64,000 nt of DNA, taken from assembly GCF_964355755.1 (NCBI RefSeq), contig NC_092672.1, forward strand, positions 10,664,001-10,728,000. Direction: 5' to 3'. Shown piece by piece: positions 37,601 to 52,600 of the stretch; the stretch's first letter is position 1; each line of letters begins with the position of its first letter. This DNA comes from Antedon mediterranea. Taxonomy: Eukaryota; Animalia; Echinodermata. The translations under genes and the position numbers were made by a program. Below the pieces are notes generated by a model, which did no database searches, was not told where the DNA came from, and worked only from the letters and a program-made list of their open reading frames with translations.

Positions 37601-40600
37601 TATTATTTTCCGAAAAGGTGTTATTTGGCAAGCCTATAGGTCAATCATGGGAGTCAAGCTTAAGCGGTGATGAGCAGAGCGCTGAATTTCACAAATTTGT
37701 TATCACCTATATTGATTTATTGGAGGAACAGTCAACAGAGTGAGTATATAAAGATTTTTGTAGAATTATTCATTTATACGCATCTTAGCATCCCCATGTG
37801 TCACATACTGAATTACTTGGAAAAATAAAAATGTACACACATTTTTCCTTAAATTGATAATTCAAAGTAACCTTCAAACAAAAAGAAAACTTCAACAGTG
37901 AACAAACGCAAAAAAATGTTATGTCACTGTGTTTACCAGCAAAAAAAAGTATCATCATTTTGCCGATTCCTGCACAATACATACATGTAGTGTCATTTCC
38001 GGGCCAACTAGACTAGTGGGAAGTGTCATTTTTCATGAATTTTATGTGCGAGAGTACCATTTCCAACTATCGGGCATCTAGGGGTTTCATTTACCTAAAT
38101 TTGCTTTGCCATAGGCCCCACCATGGGCAACCTATGGCTCAAATAATTAGCGACGTATCTCTCCCCCGCCCCCCCCCCCCCTTATTTCAAAAACCTGGAT
38201 CATCCCCTGCCCACTCACATTGAAAAGTATGTTTTTTTATTAAAAAAGAAATGCATTATTCGTCTATAGTTGACAATATCCTTTCTTTCTACATAAGAAG
38301 CATTAACATATTACAGGTAATACAAATGTAATATTCACAGTTTTAATTAATTCATGAGTACAAGAGTTTCTAATCCCCAACAACATGACATTTACCAGTA
38401 ATAACATAATGGTCATGGCCATTGTCTATAGTAATTATGCACACTAGTGTACATACTGTTATGGCTCTTTGCAATTAAAATAATTGATAAATCTACTTGG
38501 TTCCTACTGTAGCCAATGGCCAGTTGAGCTTTATTGTGGCCAAAATTTATTGTGAAAAACATTTATTTTGAAAAACATTCATTGTGAAAATATTCATTGT
38601 CAAAACATACATTGTGAAAACATTCATTGTGAAAATCTGATGGTATCCTGCTTTGAACTCAACCTGAAGAATTTCCCTAAAACTTTTTCATTTTTCTAAC
38701 AACTTCCTGTTTACTTCATTGTATATAAATGATTATTCTTGAACTTATTAAGGATGCAATTCAATAATCATAATATTAATTTAATTATAAAAAAATATTG
38801 TTTTGGGGCCAGAAAAATAAATTTTAAAAGATAATTAAGTCAAACATTTTTTTCGGGTTGTAATTGAATTACTGAACCTTTTGGGCAACTCTTCACTTGT
38901 TACTTCTTGGAGTCCAAATTGTTCAAACAATTTGCCAGCTCAAGATTAAAAAATGTCTTTGTTTTGACATCATCCTAAATCAAGTTTTTAAAGGGCAACA
39001 CCAGATTCAAATGTTTGTTTTGATATAAGAATTTTTTATAGCCATGTACATACAATTACACATGTGGATGATAAATGAATGAAAAGATTACTATCATCTC
39101 ATGGTATGCCTTCATATACCATCGGTTCGCATCTTCGCTTTCCGAGGATGATTATTATACTGTACATTAAAAAAAAATGTTACTTTTAAGTTTTACAATA
39201 CATAACAAAATTTTCCACAGCAAAGTAAAAGTCCTGTATGGAGGAACAGAAATATTTGACTATGAGGTGCAGTCATCGCTACATCATGATCTTCTCCTTA
39301 GCATCATTACACTAGTGCTCATCATTATTGTATTGCTCATCCTAACATCATTCTCTCTTTGGTTGACTGTATGGGGCATGCTGAGCGTACTCTTGAGCTT
39401 CTGTTGGGCTTTCTCAATTTATCGTATGGTCTTTCTGAAAACCGCCCTAGGAATGCTCAACGCTGTGTCGGTTTTTGTTGTCATTGGCATCGGTAAGTTT
39501 TATAAATACTGTACTTACAGTGCTACAACTTTTATTCATTCATACACATTTATTCAGTTATAACAATATTAACTGGGGCCCGCACTAGAAGCAAATTAGG
39601 CTTGTCTCATGAGGGCCCCGACATTACATGTATAATACATAAAAATATTATAAAACAGTAAACAATAAAATATATAGAGATATAATATTGGCTAAAAGGT
39701 AGCATTTTACAGATATGAAAGATATGAATAAAAAATTACCCTATTTTAAACATTTTTTTCATTTTCCAAATTCAAACCAGACAGACAGGACATTTAATAA
39801 TTTATTGTATTAGGAGAGTACTTTTACCCTTGAACTTGTACATAACACTCTACCTTGACTTAGTTATATTGTCCACTACTCTACTACCTTGGAATGTCCA
39901 TTATTGTCCAATTGAATTACAGTTCTTAGAAGGTTTATCATAAATGATCACACCGATTATATCCTATCTACTCTGAAAAGACAATTCAGATTAATTTGAA
40001 GTGACACTACAACTTTTAAATCAATGTTGACAACCCTATAATTTACCTTGTAATGATTCTTTATGTATGACCTCGTTATTATAAAGATTTGTGTTCTGGT
40101 GTGTAAACAACACTGTCAGAAATTCAACCTGGTTTCTTTTATAGAGTTAATAAAAGGAATTACAATGTACTGTTTATTGTACATTGTAATTCTCTTTATT
40201 TCACAATTGTTGGTATGATATCACTAGGCCTCCTAAATAGACACTTCTATACAAATGTTCTAAAAATAACTTTACTGTTGGCATGGAGTGTGCCTGTATT
40301 CTAAAATGATTCTTGTAAACAAATTGTAAGAATTCATTTCTATAAAATATTATTCTCACTATCATTCTTGAAATATTTAATCTAAAATATATAATATACA
40401 TTAAAACTAAATATTTGTCTTGTTTTTTTATATGTTTGTTCAAAAAATAATATTAATTATTATTATAAATCAGTTTAGAAATTGTTGATCAAGCCCTGTG
40501 GCCATCTTTTAGGGAACTTTTCCATAAGATCCACCTTCACTGCCATCTAGTACGCCCTCTAGCCTTCTACTGTAATCACCTCTCTGGTGTGATCACACCA

Positions 40601-43600
40601 TTTTAGGTCATTTTAAGCCATCTTATGGGTTTGTATAAAGGTTGATAACCATGTACATTTGACTTTACCGAAATGACAATTCAATGAAGCAGAAAGTAAA
40701 ATGTCGTCGTCCGCGTGGTAGTCTACAGTTCCTTGTTGCGTTGACTCGAAAGACATTAGCATTAAATTAAAGTTCCGTTCTGTAATTGTTAAATTGGAAT
40801 TGATAAAACGACATTTCCTATTGGCTCATCCTCTGTAATGCTTTTGAGATACAGATATGGATACTATAGTCTGTAGATTCAGCTAAAGGCCCATTTGCAC
40901 TGCATTAATGATTTTACTGTAGTTCGTTTTAAGGTCCATTTACACTCGGGCAACAACAATCGACGATAAGTATCCATTTTTCTTACATAAAACAAAAAAT
41001 ATTTGAACAATTTTCATCTATGCTACCTTTGATGAAAATAACATTTTTACACGTCCAATCAAATAACTTTGAGATGAATTAGTAAGAGCAATGATATGTG
41101 ATGATGCAATGATTTGATTGTTCTTATTAATCGTTATATCATTTGATTGGATTTAAAAAAATTTATTTTTATCAAAGTTTGCATAAATTGCTCTCCTATA
41201 ATTCTAGAATGAAAACATTTTCTAATTCACTTTGTTTAATGTAAGCACAATGTTTGTTTATCATTTATCATTCATCGTTATTGTCCTGGTGTGTCCCAGC
41301 TTTAAGCTCTATCTACATTAACAAACTTTAGTTTATGTGACACAAAAATGTGATGTGCTCATATATGGACATGATGAAGTACTATCAATGTTTGTTTTTG
41401 GAGCCTTAATTATTGTTTGAATACAATTGAAACACATTTACTTTTTTATTTGAGATTTAGACATTATTGAAATTACATTACATTATTAAATTTATGGACT
41501 GTTTAGTTGGAATACATCATGGAAAAAGAGATTGTTCCCTCATTGGCTTCTAAAATCATTGACATTTTAACTCACTGCCTTATATTATTATAATTTTGTA
41601 ATAATTAATTGTCTATGACAGAAACAGGATGTTCACTATGACGTTATATAACAAGAACCAAATCTACATTAAAATTATATGTATTCTAACTTAACTTGAA
41701 TAATTAATAGATAATCACAAAGCAACGTGATACACACAATTACTCTATGTATTAAAACAAAGAACAAATATTGGATTGCAATCTATGAAATTTCTGTAGA
41801 ATAATATTATGAGTTTGATTTTTTTAGTACACATTACATTTGACTCTCCTCCAAGACCAAACATTTTCAGAATACCAACATTTTATAAAAATAATTTGAG
41901 CTGTTTGGACCCTAACATAATTTCTGGCTTTTCCTAAATTTTTTTGAAGTGCTAAAAATATTTAACACTTCATTTTATACTGCATAGTAACTGTATTTTC
42001 TGTTTTTTCTTATGTGATTGACCATTTATGTTGATACTGAAATTCAAAACTAATAACCTTTAAAACTCCGGCATTTCTTTTAGTGTTAAAGGTTATAATA
42101 TTATAGACTTAAGGGCTAATGAAAACTTTTTTACAGATCACTGTTTTGTTTCTCATTTTAGGTGTGGACGATGTTTTTGTGTTCATGAACACATATCGAC
42201 AAGCCACACATTTGAAGGAGCCTGCCCTCAGGATGGGCTATACCATTAAGACGGCGGGTATTGCAACATTTTTCACTTCTGCCACAACTGCTGGAGCTTT
42301 TGCAGCCAATATGGCTTCACAGGTTTGCTAGTTTGTCTTTTGTTTCATTTTTTTACAATTTTACATTCAAAATTATGATTAAGTATTCAATTTAACTCCG
42401 AACAATCTTCCCAATTCTATGCAAGAGTTGCATTTAATCAGTTTTCAAAACCCTTTTGAAAATACACATTTTTTGTTCGTTTTAATTCAGTTCAATTCAT
42501 TATTTTATTTCATCACATGCTTTGGGACAATCTGCTGATTGTTAAAAGTGCTAGTTATTTTTCATAAAATCATATCAATATTAAATATGTAGATATATTT
42601 TGCTAATTATAATTATTTGAACAAATCTTTATACTGTACATTGATAACACCAGGTTTGAATTTGAAACCTGCACTAGAAATGGCTTCATAGAAGCTTCAT
42701 AAACTTACAATGGTATCTAGTAACTTTATATGAAAGATGATTATGCGATATTTACTTAGCAAGTGTACAACATACAGATCTATTGAAACGAAAGGAGAGA
42801 CCATGAAACACAAGTACAGAAATAGAATTGCATCCACAATTGACAATTGTTAATTCTGGCTTTGAAAACGGTCTTTACAAATATTTACGTATAGTCTTGA
42901 AACTTTTGTAAAATTTCCAAGATAAAGTTTCAAAGAATCATAATTCATATTCAAGCTTTTATAGTTGATATGACATCATCATGTCCATCCACCTTCCTAG
43001 TCAGTGATAATCATAGACACAATGGGATATCAAATTAATACAGGTATATATTTATCATAATATATGATATATACCTGTATTAATTTGTTTGTTACAGTTA
43101 TAGCTACAACTAAAGTTGTTCAATATGTTCAAACCTTTATGTCATAAAAGATAAGAGAAAATTAGTGGAGGCTAAAAGAGAATCATTTAACTGCAAAAAT
43201 GAAATCCTGAACTAAATAGAAGTCCACTCATAAATTGGATGCGATTCCCGTCATATTTATGACACTTTTGTACAGTATACTGAAACACAAAGTTTTTTCC
43301 AGACAACTGGGGAGAGTCATGCAGTAACACATAGCATCCACATTAGAAATATCTTCATTCATTTCATTGTTCATTTTATTTTCAGATTCCCGCCATCCAT
43401 GATTTTGGTCTTTTCATGAGCTTGCTGGTGTCTTTTTGCTGGTTCACAGTCGTCACTATCATGCCATCAGCAATGAACTTGTGGGGGCGATATTTTCTCT
43501 GCGAGTCTGCCCTGTTAGTATTTTTCTGAGATTTTTGTTTCTAAGATATTAATTTGTTTGATTGTCATTTTCACTCCATTTTTTTTTATTTGTTACAGTA

Positions 43601-46600
43601 TTTTAATACATAATTGTAACTCACCTTTTCTAGTATAGCAAATAAAGGGATACTGTGATACCAAATATAAAGACTAACTACATTTTGTATTCATAAATTA
43701 TACATTATGACTTGTTGATATAGCACAATGAAATAACTGTTTTACAGATAAATCACTTTTGCTTAAGTTGCTAAACACATCAACTCTGGACCTACTGTTC
43801 AAATATGGGTTATTAATCACTATTAGAGCAATTTTCCAGCTATATTAAATACAGTGTCCATGAGGTATCATATTAAAGCAATAATTTCTATTATAAGGTG
43901 CTATGTTGCAAAATGCCTTAAAGCAATTTTCCAGGCACATTAAACACAATGTTTATCTCAGTTTTCATGATATTAAGCATATTTTCCATTACAAGGTGTT
44001 ACTGTTGTGAAATGCCTATAATACAAAAATATTAAAGTAGTATCAGCTGAAGTTCAGGCCTACAGTGTCCTTACCACAGGTCCTATTCAATTGCTACAGT
44101 AATAAGTATGTGTGTATGATATTTAGATTGAAAAAGTGTAGTCGAGGTGATGGTTCATCGCATCTTCACCGTGTTCTTGCTAATCATGACCAAGAACAGA
44201 GAGTACCCTCTAACTCTACCACACAATTGGATGACAGCGACATTCAACTGCTTAATATTGAAGATGACTGTCTACACCAAGGTATATATTTTGTAGTAGT
44301 TTGAGTCGAAACACACCCTTTGATGTAGTGGATTTCTGTAATTGTCTGTAGCTGGGACATCATACCACTCGCATCTGAACAATAAGCGCTGTACATATTA
44401 TACCTCGTCGTTTTTTTGATCCGGCACGTGTGGTAACATACTTCCATAATGCAGCTAGAAATTAGCGCAAAGTTGTGTCTTGAGCTTACCAGGAGAGAGG
44501 CAAACATAAGTAAAATATCTTGTCTAAGGATTCAAGCAATGCGATGAGTGCTAAATTCGTCCTCACGATCAGTAGTCCAATAGACTGCGTCACACAAACT
44601 TACACACTATGTTGCACGCTTTTACAACACATTTTCTTGTTGTTATTATCGTCATTATATAGATTTTTTCGATTTCTTTTCCTGAATTTATATGGTTTTA
44701 CTCTTTATTGTATTGAAATGTTTTTTTGAATATAATTTATTATTATTTTTTATATATTGGTGTAGATTTATTAGATGATGATGATGTGGCCCTGATTGAT
44801 CTGTCACCATCGCCTGATCATTCCAACAGCAACCAGCAGGACTGGTCTGCTTCTAATCTTAGCAAGGGTTTGCAAGTTTTTATGGCACGCTTTGTAGCAG
44901 AGCCAGTAATCAAGTTTAGAGTGTGGTTTATAGGTAAGGTTTATTTATATTAATAGGAAAAGATGTTAAACTCTGAACAACGCCCATTTATACTAGGATG
45001 ATAATGACTACATAAAGCAAAAGATATTAGAAAAGGTTTAATTCTAGAACCATATAATAACAATTTATGCTGCCTATTCACACGTTGAATCAAATATGCC
45101 ATGATGCGTAACAGCAATAATATCTTGATGATACATCGATTTCATTGTTCTAATTGGTCATGGCGTCATTTGATTGACAGGTTTATTGATTTTCTCGACC
45201 ATAGTTCTAGTAGTGGAACAAGTCTTTTTGGAAAAGGACTTGAGGTCCAGTGTACACTTCTGACTTGTGTGCATTTTATTGAAGGTTTATTCATATATTG
45301 GAAAATCCACCTGGTCCTTTTCAGCCCGTTGTCAAGAGAAATGATGTGAGCTGTACAAAACAAAGAGGAAAAATGATTGTTTTCCATATTACAATAATTT
45401 TGTTTTTAAATTAATTTATTGGTTTTTTTTCCTAGTTGGTTTTGTGTTATTACTTGGTGGATCTATAGGCCTTGTCATGCAAATTCAGCCCGCTTCCCAA
45501 CCACCGACTTTCTACAGTGAAGAAAGTAACCTCCAACAGTTGATGGATCTTGCGTACAACCTAAGCAGCAGTAACATCCACTGCTCACAGTGTTCAGGTT
45601 TCTACCAGGCCGCTGTGGCTCAGGTAATCCCTGCAACTACGACGATGTATCACGGTAAGAAAGTGACAGCTGTTCCGCCATCTGCCAGAGTCACGCATGG
45701 TACTCACCGGAATGTGGTAACTAACCCAACTCACATAACCTTGACACCGACGGTGAAGGAAACTACTCCTGCCACCACCACTGCATGTAAGTCGGGCAGA
45801 TGTGTTAGGCAGGGGAGGGTTACATTGAAATCAACCCCTCCCTAAATAGCTTATGTGGGAGAGGGTGTGAATGTTTTGTTAAGAGAAGGCTGCAATGGCA
45901 AAATATCTGATGCAAGATTAGCACAGATAAAAGGTTTTACAGAATGCTGGCCTAATGGCTTAAATGATTGATAAGGAGAGGGTTGCACCTGGAAATATTA
46001 ACATAGGGCGAGTGTCGTATGAGGAGAGATTTGCACAGGGAGAAAGTTGTACAGAATATGGGTCTTATGGCTTTGTTGCATAACAAGGGTTGCACTGGGA
46101 GAATATTTAATGTAGGGTATAGGGGGAAAGTTTTACTCAACTAAATGTGACTGAGACTTAAGCTTTGGTGGGAATAATAATCAACTACATATTCACTACA
46201 TCTTTATTTACAAACGTAAATTGAAAAAAAAAAATTGGCTATTTTTCTTTCAACATTTGCTAAAACGTATTAAAATATTTATTTTAATCTTTTTAAGACT
46301 GTCATTCTGTGGTCAGTAATCTTTTAGAAATGTTTGGAATTTATAATAGACTGCAAAAATGTTAAACTGCCTGCCCTTTCTGTTTTCTGGGGTTTTGTGT
46401 TTGTTTGGTTTTGTGCTTTTCTTCATTTTGTTTGCTACTGTATGTGCATATTATGTTAATAATGATTGTTGTGAATGGACTTGTTTTGCATGGTTTTTTT
46501 ATGTTAAATGCTGTGTACAAGTGTTTATACAAGTGTGTATTAGAACATTTTGGCAGGCTTAATGCTCAAAGAAATTAATTTTATGTAAACCCTACACAGG

Positions 46601-49600
46601 TAAACTTATGTGTGCAAACTCGAGACAACTCTGTCAAGAAAGCTTTAGCAAAGTTTGTTCAGTGTAGACCAGTTGACAAACATTGGAAAACAGCTTTTTA
46701 GAAGTCTCATTTGCAGAATTTTGACTTATTGCAGGTTTACAAACAGAAATTTGGTCCATTCTACTAGTTTAAGAAATGCATAACAAAATCATTAATAGTC
46801 AAGTTGAGTGTTGCACTTTTGTAACTGTGATGCTTGTTCGATCATTATGAATTCTTTTGCATGTTGTTTTTCTAATTTCTTTGTGTTTGGGTGTGTGCTA
46901 TTCTAATACTCTTCTGATATTTTGATGTTTTAAGATCCGTAACTTTTTATAACTTACATCTATCTTAAGAAATGATTGCTACAAAAACACAAATACATTT
47001 ATTCATCAAATCACAATCAAAAGAAGTAAATGTATTGTACAATGTTTCAAGAAAATGATGACATCGGGTCTCAGCACACCAAGGGGTTTGTATGATAGAG
47101 ACCTCAGATTACTCTTAAAAAAATAATTTAGTTGAAGTTTACCAGTAAAAAAAGATAATGAGGGGAGAAATAAAAAAAAATAGACAAGCTAATTATTTAC
47201 AAACAAAATTAATGAAGAAAAAAATTGATGTAGATGTACAGAGTAGATTTTAAAATATAATAATAATTATAGGATAATCTTATTTACAAAATACAATACA
47301 TTATACAACATGAATAAATAAAAAAAAATAGTATTTTGAACTGAAATGTCAACGCTAGCATACCATTCTATGCTATAATTTCAGGCTATAAAGTGCAACA
47401 CAGGAATAAAGCATGCCATATTCAATTGGTTTTATTTCTCAATACATTGTTCAAAATTCACCCATGAATACAATTACATTGTCTGTTTCATGTATTCAGT
47501 GAACAATGCATATCACAACTATAATAAAAGATGGAAGAAAAGTGTGTAACTATACATTTTAGTCAACTAAAACACAAACAATTCTTACTAGCTTCTTACC
47601 ACTGTACTACTACTACTACTTAACTACTGAATTTTCTTTTTCAAATTTTATTTATTATTAAAATCGTCCAAATAATGTTTAATTAATTAAAAAAGTATTC
47701 ACATTCCATTTCCATTTCTCCGTTCACAGCAAAAAAAACATGCAGTGATTTTATCTGCCCTAATCTTAAAGAATGTCACATGGAAAAGGGTGTGCCTGTT
47801 TGTTCTTGCAATTTTTACTGCTCCACCAACGGACCATCAGTGTGCACGTCAGTTGGGTTAACCTATCCGAATGAATGTATCTTTCGACAAGTCAAGTGTA
47901 CGATGTCTCTGTGGAACGTAACAGTAGTACACACAGGCAAATGTGTTAATGGTTTGTGTAATCATTTTATTTCTCTGTGTAATAAAATGTGCTTTTAGTG
48001 TGTGCATTAATGGATTCTTCCTGTAGGAATGAGGTCACAGGCATTTTGTAGGTCATGTAATTTTTTCACTGTTATGTGTGTACTACCGTATAACCTTCAC
48101 ACCGCATAAAGCAATTTGTACTTAAATGCAACACATACTTGGCCGTTTCAATGTGCTGAGATTGAACAATAATTAAATTAAATGTTGATAATATCTCCAC
48201 AAAACTTTTTTGATCTTTTGATTTTGTTTAAATTTTCCCAATAACTTTTTTTTCCAGAACCAATTCATCCACCCTACATTCCTACGTATTTGCCACCATC
48301 TATTTCACAAGAACATTCACAAGATGAAGATGAGAGTGGTTCTCCTGGAAAAGGATACAATCCATGCAAGGGAGACTCATGTGGAGATGCTGCTGAACGA
48401 CCAGTTGTTGACAGTACTGCTATGGTGTATGTGGTTTTTGGTATAGATGGTATCAGTAAAGGAAATGAAACTAAGGGCAAGCATGTTGTAAATGAAAATG
48501 AGGTAACGTTAATTGATAAATTAAAATGTTTAAATCCAGCAATGTTTCTATTTAGGACCTGTAATTACTGTCAGCCATATATACATATATGCATTTGTTC
48601 GATATAAGTAACATACCTTGTATATCCAAGGCTTTGTGAGTTGCACTTAAGAATAGCTCATGATGTCATTTAATACATTATTTTTTTTGTGTACTTTGAC
48701 ATAAAGCATTGTCATGATTCAGGACTTATGTCTTATTTTGTCTAAAGTCTCTTTCAGTTTTATCCAATTCTATGCAGTTTTTTTACCAGTCTCTTCCAGT
48801 TTTATCCAGTCCTATGCAGTTCTATGCAGTCTCTTTCAATTTTATCCAGTCCTATGCAGTTCTCTAGTCTCTTCCTGTTTTATCCAGTCCTATGCAGTTC
48901 TCTACAGTCTCTTCCAGTTTTATCCACTCCTATGCAGTTCTCTACAGTCTCTTCCAGTTTTATCCAGTCCTATGCAGTTTTCTACAGTCTCTTCCTGTTT
49001 TATGCAGTTTTCTACAGTCTCTTCCAGTTTTATCCAGTCTATGCAGTTCTCTACAGTCTCTTCCTGTTTTATCCACTCCTATGCAGTTATCTGCAGTCTC
49101 TTCCAGTTTTATCCAATTCTATGCAGTTTTCTACTAGTCTCTTCCAGTTTTATCCAGTCCTATGCAGTTTTTTACAGTCTCTTCCAGTTTTATCCAATCC
49201 TATGCAGTTCTCTACAGTCTTCAAGTTTTATCCAGTCCTATGCAGTTTTCTACAGTCTCTTCCAGTTTTATCCAGTCCTATGCAGTTCTCTACAGTCTCT
49301 TCCTGTTTTATCCAGTCCTATGCAGTTCTCTACAGTCTCTTCCAGTTTTATCCAGTCCTATGCAGTTTTCTACTAGTCTCTTCCAGTTTTATCCAGTCCT
49401 ATGCAGTTTTCTACTAGTCTCTTCCAGTTTTATCCAGTCCTTTGCAGTTCTCTACAGTCTCTTCCAGTGTTATGCAGTTCTCTTGTCTCTTCCTGTTTTA
49501 TCCAGTCCTATGCAGTTCTCTACAGTCTCTTCCAGTGTTATGCAGTCCTATTCCCTAGTCTCTTCAAATTCTATTCAGTTCATTCAGTTGGATGTGTAAA

Positions 49601-52600
49601 AAAATCAAGAGATTATCATTTTACAACTGCTAGTATTTATTTTTTAAAGGGTAAAGTTATATACACAAACGCCTTCAATTTACTGGACAAACAGACGATG
49701 CAACTGATGTGCCGAATATGTCGGAACTTGGCCTCAAATAATGATCTTGTTTATGAAGGAGGCGCAGAATGTTTTTCAAGTTCGATGGGTAAGATACTTT
49801 GGAATGAATATTCAGTAAATTATAAAAGATGTGCATTAGAATCTGGATTGTTTATAAGTCATCTCATCACCTGTGAAATTCAGAATAATCATTGCCTTTG
49901 GTATAAAGGAACTTATGATTATTAACACTAAATGCGGTATTCATAAATCTTAGAGTTTCAGCTAGTAAAACTGATTACCTGGAGTTTCACCATACTTAAT
50001 TTTGCAATGCGTAAAAGAAAATAGATATATATGCAAAGTTTGCATACATGGTTTTTAGGTCATTTTCAACATATAGGGTTTATTGACATTTAGTCATACA
50101 GTAGAATTGATTGTATGTGTAGTATTTATACAATACAATAATTAAAGTTTATTTATTAAGTATAAAAGATAACAACAGATGGAATTGAAAAGGAACATCA
50201 AAAAATAAGCCAAGAAAAAAAATAAAAAGGATAATAAACTTTATTTTAATTATTATTATTATTAGGTCATAGATAAAGTCATTTTTTTTTTTATTGAATA
50301 TTTCTGATACTGTACAATACTTTTTATTTCTGAGACAAATAGATCATTGTTAACGGTTTTATTTCAGTCAGTCTATCTTAAAAGTACATTTTACTGATTT
50401 TTTCACTAATTTCATATTTTCTTTTTCAGAGGGCTATTTAGACAGTCTTGGTGGAGAATGTGCAAATGTTCCAAAACCACGATTGTTAAAAGGTCAGAGA
50501 TCAAAGAGCGCTATTGGTGTTGATCGGCATAAAAATCCAATATGGTATGCCATGGCCTTTGAATCTGTAAGTGAACCTTTTTAGTACTTTTTACTTATTA
50601 CTTCAGTTAATTTATTGCAGTAACAAACAAATTGTCATCAAAAGAAAGGAAATATTCCATTTCATTACAGCTCTTTGATCAATGTCAAGAGAGTTGATAT
50701 TTCTAAATGATCACTTTCTTTTATAACTTTTATTAGTTTAAAGTATAGAAAACTCTCTGGAAATAAGGGCTGGGTTCCTGTTACGCATGGCAACTGCAAG
50801 AGCAACACCCAGATACTTAACTATCCTAATACTATGGGATGCTTTATAAGTTTCATTCTGAGGCTTGGGGAGTAGTATTAAAGACAACTTAAGTAACTAT
50901 ATGAACTATGACAGGAGATCTGTTTTGACCCACGAATATGTTTGTTCCTGCAAACAAGGTCACATCCAGTGAAGCACCTGTAAATTTTAATTCATGCAAT
51001 GCAAATAGCTGTTGATCAGACATACATCTATAAAAATAAAAAAAAAATACAAAATATTATTGTATTAGACTAATATTATTATTGAGAAATAACAAAAAAA
51101 CACTTTTGAATGGTTAGTGTTATATCGCACAGAACTTTGGAATTTGGAAAGTTATTTTAAACAGTGTGAAAAGCAACACTAACGCCCGTATTCTTAAACC
51201 GGACTTTAGTCGTAGTTCGAGCTAAAACTTAAAAAATGACGTCATTTTAATTCATAAACCGAACTTCAACTAAATCGCCGACTAATTCAGGCCAACCTCG
51301 ACTAAATCGAGACGGATTTTGATCGATTTTTTTAGTCCTGGAGGGGGCAGGCTAAATGGTCGACTAAATGGTTTTTAAACGATGTTTATAAAAAACGTAA
51401 CAGTCATTGAGTTGTTATATTGGCCAGATATTGAAGAATGAAATATCTATATTTATATTAGCTTAATTAAATATACATCTATATATAAATTTACGTAAGG
51501 GCAAAATTCGGTAAATCGCGCCTTACTTCTAGAATTTTTACTCGATGGTATGTAAAGTTGGTTCGTACTTTCGGTACTGATTTTAACCACCTGATGTAAC
51601 CCTGTTTACTAATTAAATTGAGTTAGATAATTAGTTATTGACGATTAAAACGAATTTAGGTTCAACGATTTGCCCCAAATCGGGGTGTTTTCCGATCGTG
51701 GTATACACTGTCTAATGGATGTCCATCTTGAAAAATACCCGCCACAAAAATGCGAGGAGGCTTCGCATTTTCCTATCTCCTCCTACGATAATTGTTTTTA
51801 ATAGCTGAAAACCGGTTGAACAGCTAGAGTACACCATCATAATGTTGAAGACAGGCCGATTTTCTTTAAAAAATACTATTTTTATAGATTTAATATATGA
51901 TTATACAAATGTATTGATTTGCGATGAATGGAACATCCCAATCTCTCAGTCTGCCAGAGTTTGGTTTAGCACAAGTAGGTAAATTTATGAGCCCTTGATT
52001 TAACACATACGGTAGGTAAATATATGGGCCCTTTGAGAATAAACTTGCAATACTTTGACAATACTGTAACTATTTTTAGTCCTCATTTGAATCGAACATT
52101 TCTTACTGTGAATGTTCGTACTGTAAAAATATATACAGATAAACTTTATTACTGAGATTGTGGATAGGATCTACTGTTAGATATATAAACACATTATTAT
52201 ATACAAATAAACTTTATACTGACAGTTCCTTCTCAACGTTTGTATTAATTAATAATTACCAATAAAATAAACGTCGTAGTGGTGTATCGTGACATGTACT
52301 TTAATATTTCAATCGATTATGACAGTGACAGTTTTAACAAAGTATTAAATCGCAAATGTAAATACTGTATTTAGAGGTATATTATTTATAGGCCTATAAA
52401 ACACGAAAACAATATTTCGTTACTGAGTGGATAAAGAATATATTTAAAAATTGTTCCTCTTTGTACCTATCCGCTTTCCCATCCCTCAACCCTAATATAA
52501 AAAAAACCCATACAAAACACAAATTGGGTTTCTTTAAATGAGTCCAAATCAAAAATTTGGACTCATTTTGTGATAAGTTTCTCCTTCGGAAGTAATTCCC

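Noticed and set aside
44244-44620. GC-richer intronic block with an 87-aa minus ORF
   Set aside because: No recognisable motif or splice-consistent partner exon; probably a TE fragment.
48714-49599. Several long overlapping ORFs
   Set aside because: They are an artefact of a stop-poor 40-bp minisatellite inside an intron.
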